DNA of 64,000 nt from Eledone cirrhosa (GCA_964016885.1 OZ024749.1:54002001-54066000); one strand, 5' to 3'; counted from the stretch's first letter, positions 24,711-37,280 are shown. A program made the numbers and translations. The notes: generated from the sequence alone by a model not told the origin.

Positions 24711-25764
24711 GTGAAACAGTTCAAGAGAGAAGCAGACCACCATATATACACAAGATAATATCTGAAGCTAAGAAGCTAAGATGTAAGAGGCTTTAGTAGT
24801 AAGATAAAAAAAAAATGATAAAAACTACACAAAATATAGAACTAAAATAAAAATATAAATAAATAATACATATAATTGAAATAAAATTAATATAAAATAA
24901 AAAATAGATAAAATATTGTAAAAATGTTTTTACCCCCCCCCCCCCCCCCCCAAAAAAAACCCCAACAAAACCTTAGAGCATTCTTTGAGCATTGATTTTC
25001 ATGTGGAAAAATTCTTATTTCTTCACAATATATATGTTTCTGTTTCGAGTTATTAACTTCTTCCATTTTTGAGCCATTTATCTAAAAGTAACAGATTCTT
25101 TTTCAAATTTTTTTTCTTCCTAATATACTTTCAGAAATAATTATAAATGATCTGTTGATATTTGAAATATTTTTATTCAAAATGAACAAGAATGCCATTG
25201 TAACGAAATACTGGAGATGAAAAGAATAAATTAAAAGAATTAAAAAAAAAACCCCTCAAAAAGCAAACAAACAAAACAAAAAAGAAATCAACTAAAACCG
25301 TATTAGTCAGGAATGAAAAAAAAAGATAAGTTATTTTATGAAAGAATTTATAATTAATTCAATTTTCTAGAATTTCAAAGAGAAAATCATGCATTGAAGA
25401 TTGATTGAAATACTTCGAATTAGATTGGAAATGGAAAATACATTGGTTTACAAGAGAATTTTTACAAGACTACATTCAATGAAAAGTGAAGGATTCTAGT
25501 TTAAATGACATCAAATTCTACAGATTACATTAAAAACTGTTGTAACCTTGAAAATAACATTTACTTCATAGCTAGGAACAATTTGGTTTGAATTACATAA
25601 AGCCCCTCTTTTGAATTTTTGTTGCTCTAGAACATTCTAGACATAGCTGATTTGATATATATATAGAAGAGTATTATATTGTTAGCAGCCATTACAAATG
25701 TGTTTAAAAAGGTAGATGAACTCTCCAGTGTCAATGGCCGTATACTCCAACTAAATAACCTCAC

Positions 25765-25888
25765 CAACCTGCAATTGGCTAAACAGGGTGAGTCTGGCTA
25801 CACCCCTGAAGATATGACTAAATCCAAATATAAAGTGGTGGAGTTTAACCAGGGAGGTGTTCCTCCAACAAGAGTGAGAAGATTGGAC
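25765..25888 (+). repeat. Unclassified dispersed repeat, inverted copy at 38061-38198
   Basis: caacctgcaa.tggc...ggctacacccct...aaccagggagg.gttcctccaaca shared between the two loci. Confidence 0.75.
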
Positions 25889-25911
25889 ATTATATATATA
25901 TATATATATGA

Positions 25912-26128
25912 CAGTCGATCGACTTTCGTCAAATCGGACCGAGGAAACAATGTTTCCATCGGTCTTTTCAATTGCTAATGCTATCTATCGGGTCGCAACA
26001 CCAGGTAGAAGGAGCACCGTGAAGTAAAGTGTCTTGCTCAAGGACATAATGCATCGCCTGGTCCGGGAAGTGAACGCATGACCTCACGATTGAGAATCCA
26101 GTTCTCTAACCCCTCAGCCACGTGCCTA
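25912..26128 (-). mobile_element. tRNA-derived SINE family D
   Basis: Minus-strand tRNA-like head, CORE-like tccttgagcaagacactttacttcac, 3' part aaagaccgatggaaacattgtttcctcggtccgatttgacg shared with 30384-30633 and 44768-45015. Confidence 0.85.
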
Positions 26129-26200
26129 TATATTATAAAGAGAAGAGACAGTTTTATGTATACATCCTCTGTTTATTATATAATATAATATATATATATA

Positions 26201-26382
26201 TGTATGTAAAAGGTAAACAGAAATAACAACACAATTGGTACAGTATATGGAAGGTATATATTAGGTTATCGTTTGATATAGCAGGAAGAGGGTTTTAACG
26301 TTTCGGACGCTAGTCCTTCATCAGAAGAAAGAATGAGAAATAAGATAGATTGAGGGGACAGGCGGGATGGAATTGGAAAAAA
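26201..26382 (-). mobile_element. Hammerhead-bearing short dispersed element (Penelope pLTR-like), family H copy 1
   Basis: Highly similar to 39581-39761; 3' end abuts (TA)n. Confidence 0.8.
26293..26328 (-). ncRNA. Minimal type I hammerhead motif
   Basis: Minus strand: tctt-CTGATGA-a-ggac-tagc-gtcc-GAAA-cgtt-aaaa; stem I 3 of 4 paired. Confidence 0.65.
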
Positions 26383-26471
26383 TAATGCTTGAAAATGACT
26401 TAGAAAAAGTTTAAATCAAAATTTTATCCCAAAGAGAGGAAATTTGAACATTATCCACTGAAGGTTCCTTA

Positions 26472-26505
26472 AACCCTGAAGAAGGGACTTTTAGGTCCCG
26501 AAAAA
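26472..26505 (+). ncRNA. Hammerhead core remnant, stem III and stem I disrupted
   Basis: CTGAAGA(26476)-a-gggac-ttttag-gtccc-GAAA(26500), followed by an A/AAC-rich tract. Confidence 0.5.
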
Positions 26506-26819
26506 AAACAAAACAACAACAACAAAAAACAAAACAAAGATTACCAGGTAACTTACTTTTTGTTACCTCATCTTACAGTCCATTTGCATTGTTTAACCTT
26601 CTATCTCTTTCAAAGTTACATACACATACACACATATGTATATATAAAGGTGTTTAGGAATGCTTAGCTTATATCCATCAACATTCTATGACATTTACAA
26701 TTATATCGAAGTTAAAGTTGCATCTTATATATATATTATATGCAGGCACGCAAATACACATTCACACACATATACATGTCTCTCTCTCTATATATATACA
26801 CACATACATACACATATAC

Positions 26820-26862
<43 letters not shown>

Positions 26863-26999
26863 TACACCTTTATATATATATATGCACACACATACATACA
26901 GTATATATATTGATAATGGATAGCAATAAAGAAGAGATACTATAGATAGATATGTGTAAGAAAGTTGTAACCCAGCTATAGTGACAGCCAAGACACATG

Positions 27000-27230
27000 A
27001 GACATTGAATTATTTATATCCTATTTCTAATTTGTTTCTGACAGTATTTGCTATATTGTCTTATTCTCTTGGTGCAGAGATAATATATAGTTTTCTGTGA
27101 GACCAAATTTTCAAGCCATTCATATAGTACCAAAAGCTTTAGGCATGCCATGAATCTTTCATTCCCATATAGTTCTAATTTATCAGGTGCTATTTTACGA
27201 CTGTTGATTAAAAATTCATAGGCTGGCTAT
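27000..27230 (-). pseudogene. Possible decayed R4/Dong-like retrotransposon C-terminal fragment
   Basis: Frameshifted IWE*KIHG, YEWL and YIISA-QE..ANTVRNKLE resemble WxxKxxHG / WL / LIIAAQEQAIRTNxxKxKI; by-eye only. Confidence 0.3.
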
Positions 27231-27256
27231 GAAGGATTGATGCTAGAGGTGTGGTA

Positions 27257-28038
27257 TAGAGTCTGTCACTCCCTACCACAGCTGAGATATACCACCTAGA
27301 CTGGGGTGTAGAGTCTACCACTCCCTACCACAGCTGAGATATACCACCTAGACTGGGGTGTAGAGTCTGTCACTCCCTACCACAGCTGAGATATACCACC
27401 TAGACCGGGGTGTAGAGTCAGCCACTCCCTACCACAGCTGAGATACACCACCTAGGCTGGGATGTAGAGTCTACCACTCCCTACCACAGCTAAGATATAC
27501 CACCTAGACTGGGGTGTAGAGTCTGTCACTCCCTACCACAGCTGAGATACACCACCTAGGCTGGGATGTAGAGTCTGTCACTCCCTACCACAGCTGAGAT
27601 ACACCACCTAGGCTGGGATGTAGAGTCTACCACTCCCTACCACAGCTGAGATATACCACCTAGACTGGGGTGTAGAGTCTGTCACTCCCTACCCCACCTG
27701 AGATATATCACCTAGTTTGAGGTGTACAGTCTACCACTCCCTACCACAGCTGAGATACACCACCTAGGCTGGGATGTAGAGTCTGTCACTCCCTACCACA
27801 GCTGAGATACGCCACCTAGGCTGGGATGTAGAGTCTGTCACTCCCTACCACAGCTGAGATACACCACCTAGGCTGGGGTGTAGAGTCAGCCACTCCCTAC
27901 CACAGCTGAGATACGCCACCTAGACAGGTGTAGAATCTACCACAGCTGAGATATACCACCTAGTTTGAGGTGTAGAGTCTGTCACTCCCTACCACATCTG
28001 AGATACACCACCTAGTTTGAGGTGTAGAGTCTGTCACT
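27257..28038. repeat. 52-bp minisatellite, about 15 copies
   Basis: tagagtctgtcactccctaccacagctgagatataccacctagactggggtg at 27257, 27309, 27361 and onward. Confidence 0.95.
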
Positions 28039-28701
28039 CTGTTCCTTTCCCCCCCATTTTTCCCTTTTCCTTTGTTTATTTTCGTCTTTTATTTCAAACA
28101 ATTTAAAATTTTAATCGAAATTTGTTGACTACAAATATGATTATTACCGAGTTATTGGCATATAATAGTTGATATTTGATATAAAGTTCAGCACGAGAAA
28201 GACAAATATAATTATAGTATAGCTTTGTGAATGTGGCGTTGGGCAGCTGATGTAACAAAGAATCAAATAGACTCTAAAAGTTACTGCTGCTATATAGCCT
28301 AGTTGGTAAAGAGATGAAAGGACTGTGTGACAAACAACATTACAAATTAGTCAGTACAATCAAGTCTGTAACTTGGCAGGAGAAAAATAACAAAAATAAC
28401 AAACAAGAGGTAATAAAAAGTAATTACCATATTTTCTATAGAGTCATGAGAGTATGGAACTGAACTGTAGAGTAATAAATATAATTATAATACCAGTGTT
28501 TAACTTTAGAACAGAGCAATATAAAACAATCTTTAGTTTGGTTTATTTCAGACAAAGTTTTATAGAAATTATTTATAAAAGTGAAGAGAATCTGTAGAAG
28601 TTATCTGTTAATGAAGTGACATTTTTATATTTCCTAGTCTCAACCATGACTGGTTAACAGATTTATTGTATTTCATTTCAGGAATTCAGCTGTCAGTCAT
28701 C

Positions 28702-28827
28702 AGAAGGGAGGTGGGTGTTAAAAACCAGGGAGGTGGGTGTAAAAGACAGGGAGGTAGGTGTAAAAACCAGGGAGGTGGGTATTAAAAGACAAGGAGGTGG
28801 GTATTAAAAGACAGAAAGGTGGGTGTA
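28702..28827. repeat. 21-22-bp tandem repeat agggaggtgggtgtaaaagac, about 6 copies
   Basis: Directly visible. Confidence 0.85.
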
Positions 28828-28829
28828 AT

Positions 28830-29340
28830 CTTCAATTTAATGTTGTGTCAACTTTTACCTATGTTCATGAATCTTGGGTAATGACAAAGAGTATGATTGC
28901 CAATACAAGTGACTGAAATGGAGTTTCTCTGAGGGGTCTTTGGAGTAAGATTACTCGATAGAGTAATCTTACATAGTATTGAATCTATGAGATTTTTATA
29001 TCATTTATTTTGAGAACAATACCTTAATGTCGGACGAACAGCCAGTTACAGCTGGTTTGAACAGAAAGAAATGAGGGAATTATGGCCGTTTCTGGCCAGT
29101 TAAGGGTTAAGGAAAGAATTGCAGGACAAGATTTACAGGCAAAGTCAACTGGCAGGAGACCCAGAGGTAGACCATGAGCAAAATGGTTGGATAACATCCA
29201 CGAGCTGGGCTGGTCTCAGTTGGGGATTCAACCAGATTATTTTGCAGACTTTGCCTTCTTAAGACCCTTCGTAAAGCATGTGCATCTGAGGACTCTGTCC
29301 TCATGATCCTCTTAGGAATAGGTGGGTGAAAGAATTCAAA
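28830..29340 (+). pseudogene. Decayed RTE (Rex3/Expander-like) LINE 3' end, split by a MITE fragment
   Basis: TYVHESWVMTK..IQVTEMEFL*GVFGVRLLDR (28855-28963) and ERIAGQDLQAKSTGRRPRGRP*AKWLDNIHELGWSQLGIQP (29112-29240). Confidence 0.85.
28965..29110 (-). mobile_element. Family C MITE fragment
   Basis: gaatctatgagattttt...ttgagaacaataccttaa...ggccagttaagggTTAA. Confidence 0.8.
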
Positions 29341-29762
29341 CATGTGCAGTCAATGTTTGAATAACTAGTTTATGGGTTAAAACAATAAACTGTTTCTAAC
29401 GAAAATATTTTCAATTCTCTAAAGCACTGCGGTTTCTTTTTCTAACAAACTTTTGTAAGATTACTCATTCACTAATAAAACAAAGAAAGAAAAAATTCCT
29501 TTATGAATAATTTATATAGATTCAGCAATTCTTGATGTTCTGTAACACATGAAACCTCATTAGTAAGATATTCAGGAACAGTACAAAACAACTCTAATTC
29601 TATCACATTAAAGATTAAAGACTTTACTCTAATACTGCATGTTTTTACCATAATCTGACCATTAGTATAACTTAAGAAAATAAGATGTGATTTGAGGAAG
29701 ATATGGCTGTTATTTCTTGCAGTTCAAATAACCACATAGAAGCTCCCTCACTGGCTATCACG

Positions 29763-30001
29763 TTAACCCTTTAGCATTTACATTACTCTAGATATACTAT
29801 TGTATTTTCACGGTAAAGGCTTTACCTCACATAATTACCTAACATAATTATTTCAGATACTATAGAATCTATGAGATTTTAATATTCATTTTGAGAACAA
29901 CACCTTAACATCAGTATGAGTGGCCAGTTACAGCCAGTTTGAACAGAAAGAGGTGAGAGAATTCTGGCCAGATATGGCCAGTTTAAATGCTAAAGGGTTA
30001 A
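29763..30001 (-). mobile_element. Complete piggyBac-like MITE (family C)
   Basis: TTAA-ccctttagcattta ... taaatgctaaaggg-TTAA: perfect 14-bp TIR with TTAA target-site duplication. Confidence 0.92.
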
Positions 30002-30383
30002 ACACTCATATTGAGATCATTGGTGTCAGTAAGAATATAACTGCTTTGGCTTTATTGTCCAACTTAATCAGAAGTTATGGTGGTCAGTGGTCATAGCTAC
30101 ACTACAGATGGACAATAGAGAAGTAATATAGAATGTGTTGCTGCAAGATAGTCATAGTTCCTTAGAATTGATCAGAAATTAGATAAACGAGAATTCATAA
30201 TTTATGTACTTGTCACATACAGGAAATTTAACCTTCAAGGGCAGCAAGATATATGAAGGGAATTGTAGATAAGTAGTTCTTCAATTGTTTTATTGGTTTT
30301 AATAATTGGACAGTGGTCTTGTTTAGTACAACACCTTCCAGTGTTTTAGTCAATTATATCAACACCAGCCAATTATATATATA

Positions 30384-30633
30384 TCTGCCAGGAGTTTGCA
30401 ACTGGGATTTAGTATCAACAATGGAAAGACCAATGGTCCGATTTGACAAGTTCCATCTCCATTCGGTAAGTGAACGAAATCTGAGATCTTGTTTATCCTT
30501 TCCTTATTTTCTGCCTGGAATTGCAACTGGTAGATAATATTAGCTATAGAAAGACCAATGGAAACATTGTTTCCTTGGTCCGATTTGACGAGTTCCACTG
30601 CGACATAAAAGAATAAGGTCAGATCTTGTTGAT
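30384..30633 (+). mobile_element. Two tandem 3' parts of SINE family D
   Basis: gaaagaccaatgg...ggtccgatttgac.agttcca...agatcttgtt occurs twice. Confidence 0.75.
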
Positions 30634-30686
30634 TATTAAAAAAATAATTAATAATATTGACCCCAAGATATTATCTGGTACTTATT

Positions 30687-30880
30687 TTAACCCTTTACCA
30701 TTTCGATTACTCCATATATACTATTGTATTTTCGTAGTAAAGGCTTTACCTCACATTATTATCTTACATAATATCAAATCTATGAGATTTTGATGTTATT
30801 TATTTTAAGAACAATACCTTAACATCAGTATGAGTGGCTAGCTACAGCCGATTTGAACAGACAGAGGTGAGAGAATTCTC
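30687..30880 (-). mobile_element. Family C MITE, truncated
   Basis: TTAA-ccctttaccatt...aacagacagaggtgagagaattct. Confidence 0.85.
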
Positions 30881-31404
30881 TGTCTCAGCAAATCTAATTC
30901 CTGTGTCCTACATACCCTCTCCTCTTTCTCTCATTATTCACTCTATGGTTCTCTCTCTCTTTCTCTATCTACCTATCTATCTATCTATCCTTTTCTCTCA
31001 TTATTCACTCTAAGACTTTCTCTCTCTCTCTCTTTATCCTTTTCTCTCATTATTCACTCTATGACACACACACACACCCTCTCTCTCTCTCTCTCTCCAC
31101 TTAACTATTAACTCTCTCTACATAATGTCAAATCTCCTTATATTACCAAATCTCTCCAAATTCTTGATTATTTATAAAATCACCGCCAGTCACTTTCCCA
31201 AGGAATATGCTAATACCAGCGTTAATCAGTTGACAGTATGTTTTACACAGGAAAACAAAACAACAAAAACAAAAACAATACAATACAAAACAAAATAAAA
31301 AAAACTGTTCTGCTATTTTTGGCAAATGGCAATTCTGTACATCAATGATTATTATTGCTATGCTGTGCAGTTTCTGTCATTATATTAACATCAATTGCTG
31401 TTCC

Positions 31405-31900
31405 GACATCACCATCACCACCACTCTAACTAGTCTGTCGTCATCACCACCACCACAACCCTGACCAGTCTGTCACTAACACCACCACCACCCTAACTAG
31501 TCTGTCATCACCACCACCCTGACCAGTCTGTCATTAACACCACCACCACCCTAACTAGTCTGTCATCACCACCACCCTGACCAGTCTGTCACTAACACCA
31601 CCACCACCACCCTAACTAGTCTGTCATCACCACCACCACCACCCTGACCAGTCTGTCATTAACACCACCACCACCCTAACTAGTCTGTCATCACCACCAC
31701 CCTGACCAGTCTGTCATTAACACCACCACCCTCACCATCAACCACCATTCTGTCTGTCATCACCACTAGTACTCTCACCATTGACTGCTGTTCTGCCATC
31801 ATCACCACCACCACCACCACCACCACCCTCACCACAAATTGACGTTCCTTCACCACCACCACTGCCACGACCACTACCACCATGACCACCACCACCATCA
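31405..31900. repeat. ACC-rich minisatellite with alternating ctaactagtctgtc / ctgaccagtctgtc subunits
   Basis: Directly visible. Confidence 0.9.
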
Positions 31901-32087
31901 AGTGTGTGTAATAGAAGTAGTTAATTTGATGTAATAATGAAACAGTTTTCTAGTTAATTGAGAGATAAAATCAGTTAACCAAGGAGAAATGTTGTGTTGT
32001 GTGACATGCATAATCTCTAGGGAGATGTAATTAAAAAACACAGGCAGTTGCCACTAAAAAGTGGCCCCTATTTAGGGGACAACTGAT

Positions 32088-32293
32088 AACATTTACATTA
32101 CTCTATATATACTATTATATTTTCATGGTAAAGGCTTTACCACACATAATGTTGAATCTATGAAATTTAGAAATTATTTATTTTGAAAACAATACCTTAA
32201 CATCAGTATGAGTGGATGGTTATGACTGGTTTGAACAGAAAGAGGAGAGAGAATTCTGGCCGGATATGACCAGTTTAAATGCTAAAGGGTTAA
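32088..32293 (-). mobile_element. Family C MITE, near complete
   Basis: Ends tttaaatgctaaaggg-TTAA. Confidence 0.88.
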
Positions 32294-32382
32294 GAAGGCA
32301 GAGACAGCCTAGTGGTTAATGTGTTGGACTTTTTGACTGTAAGTAATGTGATGGGGTCAATTCCTTGTTCATTTCATGTATC

Positions 32383-32582
32383 ACCATCATCATCACTGTT
32401 TAACGTCCATGTTTCTACGCTAGCATGGGTTAGATGAGTTGTCCTGTTGGGAGCAATGCCAGATCAGGTGACATATCGTGTTCATACACAACTCATTTTG
32501 GCTTGGTTTCTACAGCTGGATGTCCTTCCTTGCGCCAACCTCATTTACATTGTGGACTGAGTGCTTTTTGTCGTGACACCTA
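32383..32582 (-). mobile_element. SINE family B
   Basis: catcatcactgtttaacgtccatgtttctacgctagcatgggttag...tttctacagctggatgtccttcct. Confidence 0.85.
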
Positions 32583-33330
32583 TACTGTATGTCTGTATGT
32601 GTGTGTGTCCATGTGTGTGTGTATGTGTGTATGGTGCCGATGGTGGTGAGTAGGGAGGTGGCCCTAGGGCCAAGGACACCAGATGTTTCTCTGCTTTCTC
32701 TCTCTCAGTTCAAATCCTGTCCAGGTTAATTTTGTCTTTCATTCTTTCAAGATTGATATAAAAATATATATCGGTACCAATACTTGAGTTGATTTTTACT
32801 CTATATTTCTTTCTATCTCTCTATCACCATCTCACTCTGCCTCTCGCTCTCTCATGGTCCCCCCCCCCCCCGGCTCACTTGTCATGGAAAAATACCCAAG
32901 AGTTGAGCAAGAGGGTAGCAGTCTAATAACTGTCACTTTCCCCTACCCCATATATATTAATTTACAGAGAATATAAACTATCAAAAAACTGACAAGAAGA
33001 AGTGCTGAAAATATATCCTAATCTTGTCACCTGCATTGTTTTTCTATTATATTCTGATGACACCTGTGTTTTTTGCTGTCATTATTTACTGTCTGTAATA
33101 AAATTAATTCAAATCAACATTGCTATTTTAGCATAGCTAAGTCAAGTCAAGGTAATAAATATACAAAATGTTTTATGAGAGAATTTCTATGCTGTTAATC
33201 GACCTCCAAGAAATAGCACCCAAGACAGCTTCAAATAATACATTTCTTTATTTCTGGCTCCGTCAAAGGATTGCATGTCGGTCTGTCCTTGTATGTTTCC
33301 AGTAGCATGTGGGTCTTTTTTTTTATGACA

Positions 33331-33600
33331 AGAGACTGATAGCCTCTTGCTAAATTCTTGGGTTTTTTCCATGAGAAGAGAGAGACTGATAGCCTCTTGC
33401 TAAACTCTTGGGTTTTTTCCATGAGAAGAGAGAGACTGATAGCCTCTTGCTAAACTCTTGGGTTTTTTCCATGAGAAGAGAGAGACTGATAGCCTCTTGC
33501 TAAACTCTTGGGTTTTTTCCATGAGAAGAGAGAGACTGATAGCCTCTTGCTAAACTCTTGGGGGGGTTTTCCATGAGAAGAGAGAGACTGCTAGCCTCCT
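33331..33600. repeat. 50-bp tandem repeat, about 5 copies, with a single inverted copy at 32878-32924
   Basis: agagactgatagcctcttgctaaactcttgggttttttccatgagaagag at 33331, 33381, 33431, 33481 and 33531. Confidence 0.92.
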
Positions 33601-33671
33601 CTTGTTCAACCTTTCTACATTTTTTATTAAATGAACACTGTGAGAACATAGCTCACTGTAGCTGATTCAAC

Positions 33672-33741
<70 letters not shown>

Positions 33742-34005
33742 CAGGTAGTGTTTGGGACCTTTTGAGGTACCAAACACTTAACAGATTATGTCCAACCTTA
33801 TATATAGTCTGAAAAATATTTTGGTTGGGGATTGACAAATGCATTTAATTTGAATAAAATGGTGCAACTCTTCTATTGGTGCTCATGTAAGATTCTTTAT
33901 ATGGCAGTACATCTGTACTGGTAAATTGTCAGCTATTATGATAATAATAACAATAATAACAATATTTAATTGAATATTCTAATATATATAATCACCCCCA
34001 CCCCC

Positions 34006-34040
<35 letters not shown>

Positions 34041-34135
34041 CTTTTCTCTCATTATTCACTCTATGACTTTCTCTCTTTCTCTATTTCTCTCTCATTCGCC
34101 ACCTAATTTTTAACACTCTCAACATAATGTCATAG

Positions 34136-34191
<56 letters not shown>

Positions 34192-34263
34192 CCCACTCTC
34201 AAGAGCGTGAAACTAATAAACCTTTGTTCGTACTGCCTCTCTGTTTTGTTCCCGTTCAATTTT

Positions 34264-34319
<56 letters not shown>

Positions 34320-34666
34320 AGTGTTTAAAACTGATTTTTCATGCAAATCTCGATTATAAAAGATAGAAAGAAAGACACCCAAAGTGGAGAGTGAGAGAGG
34401 ATATATATATAAAGAGAGGTAGAGATCAATAAAGAGGGACTGCTTTAATTTCATTACTTTTGAATACTACCATTTTCTCCGTGTCCTCAATAAAAATGTT
34501 TTTAATGCAATTTCCTCGATATGTAGACTTTGCTATGTAAATCGTGATATATTTTACTAACATGTTCAATACATGTAAGAACGTTACAACAACATTACAA
34601 AAACATTGCTATATATATAATACATACACACACATATATATATATATATACACATACATATATCTA

Positions 34667-34698
<32 letters not shown>

Positions 34699-34745
34699 AT
34701 ACACACACACACACATATATATATACACATACATATATATATCTA

Positions 34746-34779
<34 letters not shown>

Positions 34780-34783
34780 ATAC

Positions 34784-34816
<33 letters not shown>

Positions 34817-34824
34817 CACATACA

Positions 34825-34888
<64 letters not shown>

Positions 34889-35561
34889 CATATATGTAAC
34901 ATATATAGAATTTTAAAAAAATACAAAAAAACTATCCAAAACTGAAATTTAAATTGTAACTAAAGGAAAACTGAATAAATAAATAATTCATTTCTTCCTG
35001 TGGCTGCTGCTGCTACTGCTGCTGCTGCTGCTGCTACTACTACTACTGCTGCTGCTGCTAGTACTACTACTCTTTATGCTTAACTACAAGTATGCACATG
35101 GTGTGTAGACAATGATGATAGTATTGGTGATGATGATGACGATGATGATTGTGGTGGTGGTGATGGTGATAGTGGTAATGATGATGATGATGTTGGTTGT
35201 GTTGCTGGTGCTGGTAGTGATGGTGGTGGTGGTAGTGATGGTTCCAGTGTCTTTTATGGCTGCTCCATAGACTAACAGTATTCCACCACCACCACCACCA
35301 CCACCACCACCACCACCACCACCACCACCACCACCACCACCACCACCACCACCACCACCATAAACCAAAAGATGAAAGTCAAAGTTAACCTTTGGCAAGA
35401 TTTAATGTCAGAATGCAAAGACCCAGAATAAATATTTCCTGACAGTTTGTCCAATGCTGTAATTCTTCTGCCAGTTTACCAAACTCTCTGTGAACTGTCT
35501 TGTATATTACTATTGTACTAGTGGACCAGTGCTATCAATGATGGTTTCTGATTTAGACATC

Positions 35562-35635
35562 TAAAGTCTGCCTCGCCCACAGAGGCTCATCAGGCCGGTA
35601 CTTATTTCAGTTTCTGTGGCGTTAAGGGACTGAGA
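35562..35635 (-). mobile_element. Family M SINE 3' end, followed by (GAA)n to about 35716
   Basis: aaagtctgcctcgcccacagaggctcatcaggccgg. Confidence 0.7.
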
Positions 35636-35771
35636 AGGAGAAGGAGAAGAAGAAGAAGAAGGAGAAGAAGAAGAAGAAGAAGAAGAAGAAGAAGAAGAAG
35701 AAGAAGAAGAAGAAGAGAAATTCAACATAAGTTAATATATGATGTCATCCATCGAAACCTATATCTACATC

Positions 35772-36545
35772 GGACTGGCAGTATCGGTAGAGGGTCGGAC
35801 ACGATGCTGGGGTGGTGGATTGGCAGTATCAGTAGAGGGTCAGACACCATGCTGGGGTGGTGGATTGGCAGTATCAGTAGAGGGTCGGACACCATGCTAG
35901 GGTGGTAGATTGGCAGTATCAGTAGAGGGTCGGACACCATGCTAGGGTGGTAGATTGGCAGTATCAGTAGAGGGTCGGACACCATGCTGGGGTGGTAGAT
36001 TGGCAGTATCAGTAGAGGGTCGGACACCATGCTAGGGTGGTAGATTGGCAGTATCAGTAGAGGGTCGGACACCATGCTGGGGTGGTAGATTGGCAGTATC
36101 AGTAGAGGGTTGGACACCATGCTAGGGTGGTAGATTGGCAGTATCAGTAGAGGGTCGGACACCATGCTGGGGTGGTGGATTGGCAGTATCAGTAGAGGGT
36201 CGGACGCCAAGTTAGGGTGGTGGATTGGCAGTATCAGTAGAGGGTCAGACACCATGCTGAGGTGGTGGATTGGCAGTATCAGTAGAGGGTCGGACGCCAA
36301 GTTAGGGTGGTGGATTGGCAGTATCAGTAGAGGGTCGGACACCATGCTGGGGTGGTGGATTGGCAGTATCAGTAGAGGGTCGGACGCCATGCTTTCCAGC
36401 ATAGTTACGTCCCTTTACGATCTGAATTCAAATCCCACTGAGGTTGACTTTGCCTTTCATCCTTACGGGGTCGATAAAATAAAGTACCAGTAATGCACTG
36501 GGTAATTGCTGGCCTTGTGCCTAAAGTAGAAACAATTATTATTAT
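35772..36545 (+). mobile_element. SINE family A (tRNA-derived, Nin-like domain) preceded by 13 extra tandem copies of its 45-bp head
   Basis: tggcagtatc recurs every 45 bp from 35776 to 36361. Body has a B box-like gaattcaaatccc and gttgactttgcctttcatccttacggggtcgataaaataaagtacc; (TTA)n tail. Confidence 0.92.
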
Positions 36546-36939
36546 CATTATTATTATCATTATTACAGATGCTATCTACAAGAAAGAACAAAAATCTATT
36601 TTTAAACTTACATATATCCCCCCCCCCCTCCCACTCCCTGACACTCTAGATATTGGAAAAGAAAATGTCATTTGACAATTATTGCATCTGTGACTTATTT
36701 TTTTACTTTTCTTATTGTCTATATACCAGCAGGGTCCTTAAAAACGTTGGAAAGAAGGAAATGGAATTTATTTTAATATAATAGAAATTGTGGTTTCTTC
36801 ATATATAAAGATGTGTGTGTGTGTGTGTGTGTGTGTGCGTATATATATATATAAAGATGTGTGTGTATATATATATATATGAAGATTGTGTGTGTGTGTG
36901 TGTGTGTGTATGTATATATATATATATATATATACACAT

Positions 36940-36993
<54 letters not shown>

Positions 36994-37147
36994 GTGTATA
37001 TATATATATGTATGTATGTATATATAAAGATTTATATATATATATAAAGATGTGTATATATATATATATAAAGATGTGTATATATATATATATATAAAGG
37101 TATATATATATATATATGCATATATATAAAGATGTGTATATATATAT

Positions 37148-37197
<50 letters not shown>

Positions 37198-37280
37198 GTA
37201 TTTATATATTATGAAGAAGAGAGACAGTTTTATGTGTACATCATATGTTTATTACATAATTCGTATTTCAACCATATCTA

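Noticed and set aside
27257-28038. CRISPR-like regular arrays, also 35776-36361, 41116-41515 and 62650-63212
   Set aside because: No unique spacers, no cas genes, eukaryotic context; these are tandem repeats.
33050-33075. Isolated CTGATGA/TCATCAG hits, also near 1285, 20627, 28697, 48328 and 58659
   Set aside because: No paired stem II followed by GAAA at suitable spacing.
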